Part shown: positions 50,008 to 59,430 of the stretch, in pieces
Numbering within the stretch: the stretch's first letter is position 1
Layout: each line of letters begins with the position of its first letter
From: Sulfurimonas sp. UBA6014
Lineage (GTDB): Bacteria > Campylobacterota > Campylobacteria > Campylobacterales > Sulfurimonadaceae
DNA length: 62,272 nt
Direction: 5' to 3'
Assembly: GCA_002428085.1 (NCBI GenBank)
Contig: DJAA01000034.1
Location: 18,984-81,255 of the forward strand
Notes under the pieces: generated by a model
Databases searched by the model: none
What the model saw: the letters and a program-made list of their open reading frames with translations, nothing else
Told to the model about the DNA's origin: nothing
Program-made: the position numbers and the translations under genes

Positions 50008-50994
50008 TTATTGTTCTGTAAATATTTTCATGATTTTATTTTTCTCAAGTTGAATCATTAAGGTTTTGTCACCTGTAAATTTATAACTATTTGATTCATA
50101 CAACTCTTTAAAGGTTATTTGATAAATATTGTCACCTCCTGGATAGGGAAGTACATTTATATTTGTCAAAATAATGATTTTTTTCTCATCTTTTGTAAAT
50201 ACTCTTGTTTTATATCTTTTAAAATCCTCATATTTCATGCCATCATTTCTGATAAAATCAGAGGAATAAAATTTCAGATACCCCTCTATATCATTATAGA
50301 GCCAGCTGTATCTCCACTGATAGAGCTGTGTTAAAATATTTGCTAGAGTCTCTTTAGAAGTCTCTTTTGGTGTCTCCGCTTCATGGATGATTAAAAGGGT
50401 TTTTTGTATATCAATTCTTTTTTCTAAACACTCTATTTGTGCGTTGTTTATAGCAATGCATCCTTTTGTATATTCATCTCGCTCCTGTTCAGTTGGAAGT
50501 CCATGAATCCAGATACCTGAGCCATTTTTGCCTTTATATGCATCATAAAGATTAGGATAAGATGTTACAAAAGCAAGTGGTCCGTAAAATGAGTCAAGTT
50601 TAGAGATTTTTTCAACAATACCATAGATTCCAATTGGTGTTCTTAAATCCCCTTCTTTCTTTTTATCCCCTTTTTCTTTTCCTGTAAACGCAGCATAATT
50701 TTTTTGAAATTCAAAATTATTTTTTTGATTTTGCTGATAAAGACTTAAGACTGACTTCTCTTTGTTGCATGTAAGCACAGACGAGTAATTTTCAATATAA
50801 CCAAATTTTATATCTTTATCTTTGAGGTACTCATGCCAGTAGGATACTCTTGTGAGTTCCAAATCCATTTGTTTTTCTATATTTTGTATCCCATTGATTC
50901 TGTAGTTTGTCAATAAATCATTTGCATGTAAAGACAACCCGAATAAGAGTACGACAACTATTTTTTGCAAGAGAGTTCTAGTTCTAAAGTTCAC
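50008..50994 (-). CDS. L,D-transpeptidase-fold (YkuD) protein with C-terminal NTF2-like region, Csd6/Pgp2-like
   Basis: Signal peptide and active-site context GIWIHGLP...YTKGCIAINN. The ~328-aa size and domain order are like H. pylori Csd6. Confidence 0.7.
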   Translation of the reverse strand: MNFRTRTLLQKIVVVLLFGLSLHANDLLTNYRINGIQNIEKQMDLELTRVSYWHEYLKDKDIKFGYIENYSSVLTCNKEKSVLSLYQQNQKNNFEFQKNYAAFTGKEKGDKKKEGDLRTPIGIYGIVEKISKLDSFYGPLAFVTSYPNLYDAYKGKNGSGIWIHGLPTEQERDEYTKGCIAINNAQIECLEKRIDIQKTLLIIHEAETPKETSKETLANILTQLYQWRYSWLYNDIEGYLKFYSSDFIRNDGMKYEDFKRYKTRVFTKDEKKIIILTNINVLPYPGGDNIYQITFKELYESNSYKFTGDKTLMIQLEKNKIMKIFTEQ

Positions 50995-51868
50995 TTTTAT
51001 ATCCTATTTCTTCTAAGAAAGACTTATCTTTCGTCCAACCTTTTTTTACACTTACTTGTAAGTCTAAATACGCCTTTTTTCCACTAAGAGTTTCTATTTT
51101 CATCCTTGCATATTGTCCTATTCGTTTAATTGCTTCTCCGCCTTTGCCAATGATTATCCCTTTTTGAGACTCCTTTTCTATAATGATAGTTGCATGAATT
51201 TTATCAAGATTGCCAGCTTCTTTTATCGAATCAATAATAACATCCGATTCATAAGGTATCTCATCGCTAATATTTTCAAAAATCGCTTCTCTGATAAATC
51301 CAGCATAAATATCACGCACAAGCTCACTGGTTAAATCCTCTGGGTCAAACAAAAAAGGTGAATCGGGGAGATTTTTAGAAATCTCTCGAAGCAAGTCTTC
51401 ATGCCCTATTTTTTTGGATATTGCCACGGGGATAAGAGCCTCAAAATGTTGGGCATATGGAGCGTAAGAATTGATCTTTTTAAAGAGTTTGTCTTGAGAT
51501 ACTTGGTCGATTTTACTTAAAGCAATGATGTGTTTTACCCTTGCATTATTGAGTTTTAAAAATTTCTCATAATGTTCAAGCGTATCTGTAACTGGGGCAA
51601 GATAGACTATTAAGTCACAGTCTCCCATAGCTTTTAAAGCTTCATCAAGCATAAATTGGTTAAGTATTTTTTCTCTCTCATGAAGCCCTGGAGTGTCAAC
51701 AAAAATAATTTGTGTGTCGCCATGCATAACAATGGCATTTGACCTTTTTCTTGTAGCATTGGCTTTTTGACTCACCATGGCTATTTTTTCACCTAGAAGG
51801 GAGTTCATTAATGTGCTTTTCCCAGCATTTGGTCGTCCGATGAGCGATACGAAACCAGCTTTAGTCAT
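50984..51868 (-). CDS. era: GTPase Era
   Basis: G1 GRPNAGKST, DTPG, and a C-terminal KH domain (IIIGKGGEAIKRIG). Confidence 0.95.
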   Translation of the reverse strand: MTKAGFVSLIGRPNAGKSTLMNSLLGEKIAMVSQKANATRKRSNAIVMHGDTQIIFVDTPGLHEREKILNQFMLDEALKAMGDCDLIVYLAPVTDTLEHYEKFLKLNNARVKHIIALSKIDQVSQDKLFKKINSYAPYAQHFEALIPVAISKKIGHEDLLREISKNLPDSPFLFDPEDLTSELVRDIYAGFIREAIFENISDEIPYESDVIIDSIKEAGNLDKIHATIIIEKESQKGIIIGKGGEAIKRIGQYARMKIETLSGKKAYLDLQVSVKKGWTKDKSFLEEIGYKSEL

Positions 51869-51885
51869 GTTTAACCTTTAAATTT

Positions 51886-51909
51886 AAAAAGCTCTCCACC
51901 AAGGAGAGC
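51886..51909 (-). terminator. Rho-independent terminator after hslU
   Basis: On the minus strand: GCTCTCC ttggt GGAGAGC followed by TTTTT. Confidence 0.75.
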
Positions 51910-51921
51910 GGAGTGTTATTG

Positions 51922-53250
51922 TTAGAGTATATATCGTGATAGGTCGTCATTAGCAACTACTTTGTCGAGTTTCGTGTGAACAAGCTCTGATGTGATAACT
52001 ACCTCACTGCCAGAGTGTTCATGTGCATAAAAGCTCACCTCTTCAAGAACTTTTTCAAGGACTGTATGGAGTCTTCTGGCTCCAATATCTTCTGTAATTT
52101 CATTGGCACGATGTGCAAGTTTGGCAATGGCTCGAATCGCTTCATCCTCAAAAGTTAGCTTCACACCTTCTACACCAAGGAGTGCTTCATACTGCTTGAG
52201 GAGAGAGTTCTCTGTTTGTGTTAAAATCTTATAGAGAGTCTCTTCCGTTAAAGATTCAAGTTCAACTCTCAATGGAAATCTCCCTTGAAGCTCCGGAATA
52301 AGATCACTCGGTTTGGTCAAATGAAAAGCACCCGCTGCGATAAAAAGAATATGGTCTGTGTTGATGACACCATATTTTGTAGTGACGCTGCTTCCTTCAA
52401 CGATAGGAAGTAAGTCTCTTTGAACTCCTTCTTTGCTCGGGTCATTACGTGTTTGACTTTTTGAGCTCACAGTGATTTTATCGATTTCATCAAGAAAAAT
52501 AATGCCGCCATTTTCTGCGCGTTTTAAAGCTTCATTATTGATGTTTATCATATCAAGAAGCTTTGAAGAGGCTTCAAGCCGTAACAATACTTTGGCATCT
52601 TTTATGGTTACTTCTTTTTTGTTCTCTTCTTTATTCATGGCTGTAAATATTTTTGAAAATGACTCTTGAACCTTTGCCATCTCAGGCGGAAGTCCAGTAT
52701 CATTAAATTCAATATGGATTTTATCAAAAGAGAGTTCTATGATTTTATCATCCATTTCTCCATCAATGACTCTTTGCTCCATGTGAGAGAGCAATCTTTG
52801 GTAGTCATCTTTTTTAGATTCACTCGCACCCTCAGGAAGCGGTGGAAGAAGCTTTTCAACTATTTTATTGAGTATATAATTTTCAATTTTCTCTTTACTT
52901 GCTTCCTCATGCTCTGCTTTGACAAGTGAAATGGCATTGACAACTAAGTCTCGTATCATCGATTCGACATCGCGGCCTACAAAGCCTACTTCTGTATATT
53001 TGCTCGCTTCTACTTTTATGAAAGGGACCTTCATCATCTTTGCTAAACGTCTGGAAATTTCTGTTTTTCCTACACCAGTAGAGCCTATCATGAGGATATT
53101 TTTTGGCATAATTTCCTCTTGAAGCTCTTGAGCGAGTTGCATTCTTCTATAACGAGTCCTCAGTGCCAGAGCAATTGTTTTTTTTGCATCTTTTTGAGAG
53201 ATGACATATTTGTCCAAATACTCCACTATCTCTGTCGGTGTTAAGTTCAT
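51922..53250 (-). CDS. hslU: ATP-dependent protease ATPase subunit HslU
   Basis: [20 protein letters not shown]-terminus and Walker [11 protein letters not shown]. Confidence 0.96.
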   Translation of the reverse strand: MNLTPTEIVEYLDKYVISQKDAKKTIALALRTRYRRMQLAQELQEEIMPKNILMIGSTGVGKTEISRRLAKMMKVPFIKVEASKYTEVGFVGRDVESMIRDLVVNAISLVKAEHEEASKEKIENYILNKIVEKLLPPLPEGASESKKDDYQRLLSHMEQRVIDGEMDDKIIELSFDKIHIEFNDTGLPPEMAKVQESFSKIFTAMNKEENKKEVTIKDAKVLLRLEASSKLLDMININNEALKRAENGGIIFLDEIDKITVSSKSQTRNDPSKEGVQRDLLPIVEGSSVTTKYGVINTDHILFIAAGAFHLTKPSDLIPELQGRFPLRVELESLTEETLYKILTQTENSLLKQYEALLGVEGVKLTFEDEAIRAIAKLAHRANEITEDIGARRLHTVLEKVLEEVSFYAHEHSGSEVVITSELVHTKLDKVVANDDLSRYIL

Positions 53251-53792
53251 GCCGTATGTTCCTCTAGCACAAGAGTTTTAATGTTGTGATTTGTATAAAT
53301 ACATAAATCTGCTGCTATATGCAAACTCTCTTGAACAAGCTCTTCTTCATCGAGCTGTGTATGTTTTTTAAGGGCTCTTGCTGCAGAAATAGCATAATTG
53401 CCGCCACTTCCAATAGCTGCGATTTCTCCATCTTCAGGTTCAACGACATCGCCATTTCCAGTGAGAATAAAAATATGTTGGTTATTTAAAACAATCATCA
53501 TAGCTTCCAAGCGGCGAAGAACTTTATCTTTTCTCCATGCTTTTGAAAATTCGACAACTGATTTTAAAAGATCCCCTTTTTTATCTTCAAGAAAATCTTC
53601 AAACATATCAAAAAGATTAAAAGCATCTGCCGTGCTTCCAGCAAATCCAGCCAAGACTTTGCCCCCTCCAAGCGTTCTGATTTTTGTGGCATTACCTTTA
53701 AGAACAGAATTTCCAAAAGTAACTTGCCCATCTCCGCCTATGACAGCTTTATTTTTGCCTTTGTAAGCAAGTATGGTTGTAGCATCAAACAT
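53247..53792 (-). CDS. hslV: ATP-dependent protease subunit HslV
   Basis: [14 protein letters not shown] (N-terminal Thr nucleophile region). An AAGGAG RBS lies before ATG 53792; the track ORF extends 7 codons upstream. Confidence 0.95.
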   Translation of the reverse strand: MFDATTILAYKGKNKAVIGGDGQVTFGNSVLKGNATKIRTLGGGKVLAGFAGSTADAFNLFDMFEDFLEDKKGDLLKSVVEFSKAWRKDKVLRRLEAMMIVLNNQHIFILTGNGDVVEPEDGEIAAIGSGGNYAISAARALKKHTQLDEEELVQESLHIAADLCIYTNHNIKTLVLEEHTA

Positions 53793-53806
53793 CTTATTGG
53801 TCTCCT

Positions 53807-53833
53807 TTATCAAAGAAGTGAATTCTTTGATAA
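53807..53833. repeat. Perfect 11-bp inverted repeat TTATCAAAGAA-N5-TTCTTTGATAA immediately upstream of the hslV RBS
   Basis: Read directly. It lies between the rplI stop (53888) and the hslV start (53792). Confidence 0.6.
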
Positions 53834-53887
53834 ATTCCTCTCACTAAAGCTACGCCTAGCGGCGAGATAAAATATTTCATATGTTTA

Positions 53888-54334
53888 TTACTCTCCTTGA
53901 ACATCCACATGCAGTTTTGCATGAAGACCATGACCTAGTTTGAAATCTAAATCATGCTCACCAACTGTTTTGATAGCAAATTTTTCATTGATATGTTTTT
54001 TGTCTATCTCTATGTTGTGTTGTTCTTTGAGTGCTGCTGCGATTTCATCTTTTGTTACTGAGCCAAAAAGGTGACCATTTTGTCCTAGTTTTTTTGTTAT
54101 AACAATTTCACATTTATCAAGCTTTTTAGCCATCTCTTTAAGAGCATTTACCTCTTTTTCAAGATTTTGTGCAACGATAAGTTCATTTGCTGCATGTTGT
54201 GCCAAGATTTCAGTGGTAGCAGCTCTAGCAAATCCTTTTCCTATAAGAAAATTTTTCCCATAACCATCTTTAACCTCTTTTACTTCTCCAACTTTGCCTA
54301 AACCTTTTACTTCTTTAATTAATAATACTTTCAT
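53888..54334 (-). CDS. rplI: 50S ribosomal protein L9
   Basis: MKVLLIKEVKGLGKVGEVKEVKDGYGKNFL N-terminus. The track ORF extends 12 codons upstream. Confidence 0.95.
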   Translation of the reverse strand: MKVLLIKEVKGLGKVGEVKEVKDGYGKNFLIGKGFARAATTEILAQHAANELIVAQNLEKEVNALKEMAKKLDKCEIVITKKLGQNGHLFGSVTKDEIAAALKEQHNIEIDKKHINEKFAIKTVGEHDLDFKLGHGLHAKLHVDVQGE

Positions 54335-54350
54335 AAATATCCTTTTACCT

Positions 54351-55088
54351 CTATCTTTGTATTTCGCCACCGTAAGAAACTATGCCATACGTTAAATTTC
54401 CAATTTTTTTATATCCCATATCTGTTAATATTCTTGCCACATGTGCACTGCGACTGCCGACATGACAGTATAAAATTATATTTTCATCTTTGGTTAGTTT
54501 GGCTGCTGCAAGTGTTTGAAAAAAACTACTTGTTGGAACCAAAGCATCCGCACCTTTAATGTGACCCATTTTCCACTCCATGTGTTCACGAACGTCCACT
54601 ATTTTAAAATGAACCATGCCAAGAGTTCTAGCCTCTATAAGAGAAGAGAGTTCATCCCCATCTAACTCACCTTGTTCAAGGAGAAGTTGGGCTTCCTCTT
54701 TTGTCAGACCACGAGAATGGGTATGGACTGCTTCTTCCATCCCCATCTCGAGCCGTTTAGCCGCTGCAAACTCAGGAGTACAAAAAATTTGGCAATGGCA
54801 TGCACCGTTTTGTGGAATCTCTTTTTCTATAGCAGGGGTACAAGGGCAGATTCTGTCTTCTGAACTTTTCAGTTTCCCATCTACTTCAGAGACCATAAAA
54901 CAGGGACAAAAACGCTCTTTGTACATCATTTTATTGCGAGCAAGACCCATTTGAATCCCCTCGTTTATCTCTACTTCAGGATTATATTCCCAAGCATATT
55001 TTTTTATCACTTCATCGGTAAAAGCGATCGATTTTTGTAGCTCAGATTGAAATTCATCTGAATCTATATCAATTTTAATAATACTCAT
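54351..55088 (-). CDS. Ferredoxin-thioredoxin reductase catalytic-subunit-like domain fused to a rhodanese domain (copy A)
   Basis: FTRc Cys pattern FCPCF...ICPCTP...CHCQIFCTPEF. Rhodanese active-site loop YCHVGSRSA. Confidence 0.8.
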   Translation of the reverse strand: MSIIKIDIDSDEFQSELQKSIAFTDEVIKKYAWEYNPEVEINEGIQMGLARNKMMYKERFCPCFMVSEVDGKLKSSEDRICPCTPAIEKEIPQNGACHCQIFCTPEFAAAKRLEMGMEEAVHTHSRGLTKEEAQLLLEQGELDGDELSSLIEARTLGMVHFKIVDVREHMEWKMGHIKGADALVPTSSFFQTLAAAKLTKDENIILYCHVGSRSAHVARILTDMGYKKIGNLTYGIVSYGGEIQR

Positions 55089-55825
55089 CGTAAATTTGTT
55101 ACCTTTTCGCCGCCATAAGAGACAATCCCATGCGTTAAATTTGCTATTTTTGTATAGAGCATATCATTGAGAATTCTCGCACAATGTGCACTTCTGCTTC
55201 CTACATGACAGTAAAGAATGATATTTTCATTTTTGTCTAGTTTTGCCTCATCAAGGGTTTGGAAGAAACTACTTGTTGGAACCAATGCATCTGCCCCTTT
55301 GATATGACCCATTTGCCACTCCATGTGTTCGCGAACATCAACGAGTTTAAAGTTAACCATACCAAGGTCTCTTGCTTCAAGTAAAGCGGAGAGTTCATCT
55401 CCATCCATCTCTTTTTGATGCAATAACACTTCGCACTCTTCTTTTGAGAGTCCGCGTGAGTGGGAATGAACTGCCTCTTCCATGCCAAGTTCTATTCGTC
55501 TATTGGCTGCAAATTCAGGAGTACAAAAAATCTGACAATGGCATACTCCTTCTTCTGGAATCTCTCTCTCTATAGCAGGGGCACAAGGGCATAATCTATC
55601 ATCAGCACTTTTAAACTTTCCATCCACTTCCTCGACCATATAGCACGGACAAAATCTTTTGCCGTACATCATTTTATTGCGAGCAAGCCCCATTTGTACA
55701 CCCTCATTTATCTCCGCTTGAGGATTGTACGCCCAGCCAAACTGTTTGACAACTTTATCTGTAAATTTGATGGATTTTGCCATCTCATCTTGAAACTCAG
55801 ATGAATTCATATCAATTTTAATCAT
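55085..55825 (-). CDS. Ferredoxin-thioredoxin reductase catalytic-subunit-like domain fused to a rhodanese domain (copy B)
   Basis: Same architecture: FCPCY...LCPCAP...CHCQIFCTPEF and YCHVGSRSA. Collinear paralogue of copy A; ATGA overlap. Confidence 0.8.
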   Translation of the reverse strand: MIKIDMNSSEFQDEMAKSIKFTDKVVKQFGWAYNPQAEINEGVQMGLARNKMMYGKRFCPCYMVEEVDGKFKSADDRLCPCAPAIEREIPEEGVCHCQIFCTPEFAANRRIELGMEEAVHSHSRGLSKEECEVLLHQKEMDGDELSALLEARDLGMVNFKLVDVREHMEWQMGHIKGADALVPTSSFFQTLDEAKLDKNENIILYCHVGSRSAHCARILNDMLYTKIANLTHGIVSYGGEKVTNLR

Positions 55826-55852
55826 ATTATTTCCTTTTTGTAATCACGAATG

Positions 55853-57070
55853 TTACTTGTTTTTTCGAGCTTTGCCTTCTATGATAAAGCGTAGAGCATT
55901 GAGTTTGATAAAGCCCTCTGCATCTTTTTGGTTGTATACTTCATCCTCTTCAAAAGTTGAATATTCAGCATTAAAAAGGGAAACATCCGAACTTCTTCCC
56001 ACAACCATGACACTTCCTTTGTAAAGTTTAAGACGTACAGTTCCTTGTACATATTTTTGAGTATTGTCAATAGCAGCTTGAAGCATTTCGCGCTCAGGTG
56101 AAAACCAAAAACCGTTATAGATGAGTTTTGCATAGCGAGGCATCATCTCATCTTTGAGATGAGCGGCTTCACGGTCAAGTGTAATGGATTCCATGGCGCG
56201 GTGCGCTTTGAGCATAATCGTTCCACCTGGAGTTTCATAACATCCACGTGCTTTCATACCAACATAACGGTTCTCAACGATATCGACACGACCTATGCCG
56301 TGTTTGCCGCCAATTTCATTTAAAGTTTTTAGTAAAGTTGCAGGGGTTAATGTCTCTCCATTGAGTGCAAAAGGGTCGCCATTTTTATACGATAGTTCAA
56401 TGTACTCAGCTTGATCAGGTGCATTTTCGGGCGAATTAGACCAAAGCCACATATCTTCCTCAGGTTCTGCATTCGGATTTTCTAAAATCCCCCCTTCATA
56501 AGAGATGTGAAGAAGATTTGCATCCATTGAATAAGGTGATTTTTTCCCTTTTCTTTCAATAGATATCCCATGAAGTTCAGCATATGCAAGGAGTTTTTCT
56601 CTTGAATTTAAATCCCATTCTCTCCATGGAGCGATGATAGTGAGTGTTGCATCATGAGCTAAATATCCCATCTCAAAACGAACTTGGTCATTTCCTTTAC
56701 CCGTTGCACCGTGGCTCACACCATCGGCACCAGTGAGTTTGGCAATTTCAGATTGACGTTTAGCAATAAGCGGACGAGCAATAGAAGTTCCTAACAAATA
56801 CTCTCCTTCATAGAGAGTATTTGCTCTAAACATAGGAAATACATAATTTTTAACGAACTCTTCTTTGAGGTCGTCGATAAAAATATTTTCAGGTTTGATG
56901 CCAAATTCTAGGGCTTTTTTACGAGCTGGTTCAAGCTCTTCACCTTGTCCTAAATCAGCCGTAAAAGTCACAACTTCACATTTGTATTCATCTTGTAGCC
57001 ATTTCAAGATTACACTTGTATCAAGACCGCCAGAGTAGGCTAGTACTACTTTTTTTACCTCTTTTTTCAT
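55853..57070 (-). CDS. argG: Argininosuccinate synthase
   Basis: [11 protein letters not shown]-loop; 405 aa. Confidence 0.96.
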   Translation of the reverse strand: MKKEVKKVVLAYSGGLDTSVILKWLQDEYKCEVVTFTADLGQGEELEPARKKALEFGIKPENIFIDDLKEEFVKNYVFPMFRANTLYEGEYLLGTSIARPLIAKRQSEIAKLTGADGVSHGATGKGNDQVRFEMGYLAHDATLTIIAPWREWDLNSREKLLAYAELHGISIERKGKKSPYSMDANLLHISYEGGILENPNAEPEEDMWLWSNSPENAPDQAEYIELSYKNGDPFALNGETLTPATLLKTLNEIGGKHGIGRVDIVENRYVGMKARGCYETPGGTIMLKAHRAMESITLDREAAHLKDEMMPRYAKLIYNGFWFSPEREMLQAAIDNTQKYVQGTVRLKLYKGSVMVVGRSSDVSLFNAEYSTFEEDEVYNQKDAEGFIKLNALRFIIEGKARKNK

Positions 57071-57195
57071 GCCAATAAACCTTTTGTGAGAAAAATAATT
57101 GGCGCGATTCTACAATAAGAAAGATTAAAAATCGGCAAGTTTAATAATATATTAAAGGGGAAATTGATAATAGTGTTAAGAGAGAGATAATTGAC

Positions 57196-57221
57196 ACAAA
57201 AGGGTACTTTTACCCTTTTGT
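57196..57221 (-). terminator. Hairpin ACAAAAGGGT-N6-ACCCTTTTGT spanning the flaG stop codon
   Basis: 10-bp perfect stem. One arm encodes the last flaG codons. No separate T tract, so terminator function is uncertain. Confidence 0.45.
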
Positions 57222-57599
57222 ATCAAAGAGTATTCCAGTGACCTCTTGCATTTTTGGAAGAAAGTCAGCGGCTTGTTCTGCTGGAAATCTTCTAATCATC
57301 TTGCTAGTTTCAGACTCTATCACTGAGACGAAAAATATATCCTGCGAATCGACCCCAAATTTTATATTTGTATTCATTGGAGCCATAGCGTCATTGAGTT
57401 GTTTGACTAAATCTTCTACTTTCTCTTTTGAATCCATTTTTTGTGGACTTTGAGTTGCTTCTTTTTGCATCTCTTTTACAACATCGATTTTTGGGGCTAC
57501 TTGTGTTTGTTGTTGTGCTTGTTGCGACACTTTTGCTTGATTATCACTTGCACCTACATTTGTTTGTTGCACTCTAGCAACGTTTGCTATGCCATCCAT
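57210..57599 (-). CDS. flaG: Flagellar protein FlaG
   Basis: 129 aa. Gln-rich N-terminus and C-terminal FlaG-family pattern NIKFGVDSQDIFFVSVIESETSKMIRRFP. Confidence 0.85.
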   Translation of the reverse strand: MDGIANVARVQQTNVGASDNQAKVSQQAQQQTQVAPKIDVVKEMQKEATQSPQKMDSKEKVEDLVKQLNDAMAPMNTNIKFGVDSQDIFFVSVIESETSKMIRRFPAEQAADFLPKMQEVTGILFDTKG

Positions 57600-57639
57600 G
57601 ACTGACTCCTTCTTTGAAGAATAAACTTATCTAGAGGGT

Positions 57640-57666
57640 ACATCGGCTAAAAAAATAATTACTTTA
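57640..57666 (-). promoter_or_regulatory. Sigma28 (FliA)-type promoter for flaG: TAAA-N15-GCCGATGT
   Basis: The minus strand reads TAAAGTAATTATTTTTTTAGCCGATGT, about 40 nt upstream of the flaG ATG, with an AAGGAG RBS in between. Confidence 0.75.
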
Positions 57667-57730
57667 ATCAAAAAATGCAAAAAATAAAATTTTTTATTTT
57701 CTCTCTCTATTTTATGATAATCTTGCATTT

Positions 57731-58936
57731 ATGAATGAATATTTTACATTACTCAAAAATGAACCTGTTTTAAGAAGGTTGTCAACAATTCAGCTTATTG
57801 GTTATTTTGGTGCATGGTTTAGCAATGTGGCAATTTACACCCTTTTGCTTGATATGAATGTCTCAGCAAGCATCATCGCATTTACCGCAATGCTGCACTT
57901 TTTGGCAGGGGTTGTCCAAGCACCTTTTTCTGGTGCCATTATTGATAAAATGAAGCCTAAAAATCTTATGCTTTTTTTACTGAGTATTGAAATTTTTGCA
58001 ACACTTTTTTTGATTTTTGTCCATGATGTCCATGATTTATCGCTTTTATATGTATTGATATTTATGAAAATGGCAGCTGCAAGTTTTTATTTTACAGCGG
58101 AGATGTCACTTTTGCCTAAGATACTTAGTGGCAAAAAACTTCAAAGTGCTAACGAACTTCACTCTATTATCTGGTCAATCTCTTACACTTTAGGGATGGC
58201 TTTAAGTGGGTTTGTTGTCTATTGGTTGGGGGTTCAAACAGCATTTATTTTGGATACTTGTATGTTTTTGATAGGTTTTATTTTGCTCTATACATTAGAA
58301 ATAAAAGTTGAATTTACTAAAAGTGGTGAAAATTTACTGCAGATGATGCAAGATACATTTCGTTATCTCAAAAAGTCCCCCCATGCTATTCATCTGATGC
58401 TTTTACATGCTTTTATAGGATTGACCGCTTTTGATGCGCTAGTGGCATTGATGGTGGATACGTATTATGCTTCTGTGGTCGCCACATCGCTAGCTTTAGG
58501 ACTTTTACATGCTTCAAGAGCAGTGGGTTTAGTGATAGGACCAATGTTTTTAAGTAAATTTATAAACAATAAAAAAATCATATATATTTTCATTTTTCAA
58601 GGTTTAGCTATTTGGCTCTGGGCAGCACTTATGAAAGATTTTTACTTATCACTTTTTGCAAGTATTGTTGTTGGTTTTTTTACTACAACGCTTTGGTCGT
58701 ACACGTACACATTGCTACAGAAAAATATTGAACAAAAATATTATGGACGCATTGTGGCATACAATGACATGCTCTTTTTAAGTTCTGCTGCTTTTACTTC
58801 CTTCATGATAGGGTATTTGGCTACAAATGATTATTCATTAGAATTTATAACGGTGCTCATTGGAGTTGGATTTATCGTAGGTGGCATCTATTTTGCCTGG
58901 ATTTTAAAAACACAAAGTATTCAAGAGATAGAGTAA
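57731..58936 (+). CDS. MFS transporter
   Basis: 401 aa with about 12 predicted TM segments in a typical MFS layout. Confidence 0.85.
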   Translation: MNEYFTLLKNEPVLRRLSTIQLIGYFGAWFSNVAIYTLLLDMNVSASIIAFTAMLHFLAGVVQAPFSGAIIDKMKPKNLMLFLLSIEIFATLFLIFVHDVHDLSLLYVLIFMKMAAASFYFTAEMSLLPKILSGKKLQSANELHSIIWSISYTLGMALSGFVVYWLGVQTAFILDTCMFLIGFILLYTLEIKVEFTKSGENLLQMMQDTFRYLKKSPHAIHLMLLHAFIGLTAFDALVALMVDTYYASVVATSLALGLLHASRAVGLVIGPMFLSKFINNKKIIYIFIFQGLAIWLWAALMKDFYLSLFASIVVGFFTTTLWSYTYTLLQKNIEQKYYGRIVAYNDMLFLSSAAFTSFMIGYLATNDYSLEFITVLIGVGFIVGGIYFAWILKTQSIQEIE

Positions 58937-58938
58937 GG

Positions 58939-59403
58939 TTATTTTCTTAAAGTCGCAACAAGCCGTTTTGTGTGGATAAATAAAGAGAGCGCATCTTGTA
59001 TGTTTTTGCACACAATATCTGCACGCATGAGCGTCTCTTTCGCGCACCCTTCATCCCCTAAAATCGCTATTGCAATTGCAGCCGATGCAAGCATCTCTTG
59101 GTCATTGCCTCCATTGCCGATAGCGGCGCATTTGTCTGCTTGGAGTTGTGCTATGTACTCCGCTTTTTCTTGCGTGTGATGCTCTGAATGAAGCACTTTT
59201 ATAGTGACATGATAGCCTTCAAGCTGCTCATGAACACTGCCAAAAGTATCTGCAGTGATGACATGAAGTGTGTAGCGCTTTGAGAGCTCTTCAAATAACC
59301 CTTTAACTTCTGGCAAAACAAATCCATCTTTGGCAATAGTTCCATTATAATCACACACAATATGTTCTAAATCTAAGGTTTTAACATTTGGTATCGTTAT
59401 CAT
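58939..59403 (-). CDS. Small HAD-superfamily hydrolase (soluble P-type-ATPase-like)
   Basis: Motif I-like IVCDYNGTI and motif IV-like IGNGGNDQEML. 154 aa. Confidence 0.7.
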   Translation of the reverse strand: MITIPNVKTLDLEHIVCDYNGTIAKDGFVLPEVKGLFEELSKRYTLHVITADTFGSVHEQLEGYHVTIKVLHSEHHTQEKAEYIAQLQADKCAAIGNGGNDQEMLASAAIAIAILGDEGCAKETLMRADIVCKNIQDALSLFIHTKRLVATLRK

Positions 59404-59430
59404 TTATGCTCTTTTATCTCTTATGGTGAC

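Noticed and set aside
57675-57700. A/T-only palindromes between flaG and the MFS gene, and a similar one after parB (23165-23190).
   Set aside because: Pure A/T stems have negligible stability and arise readily in AT-rich spacers.
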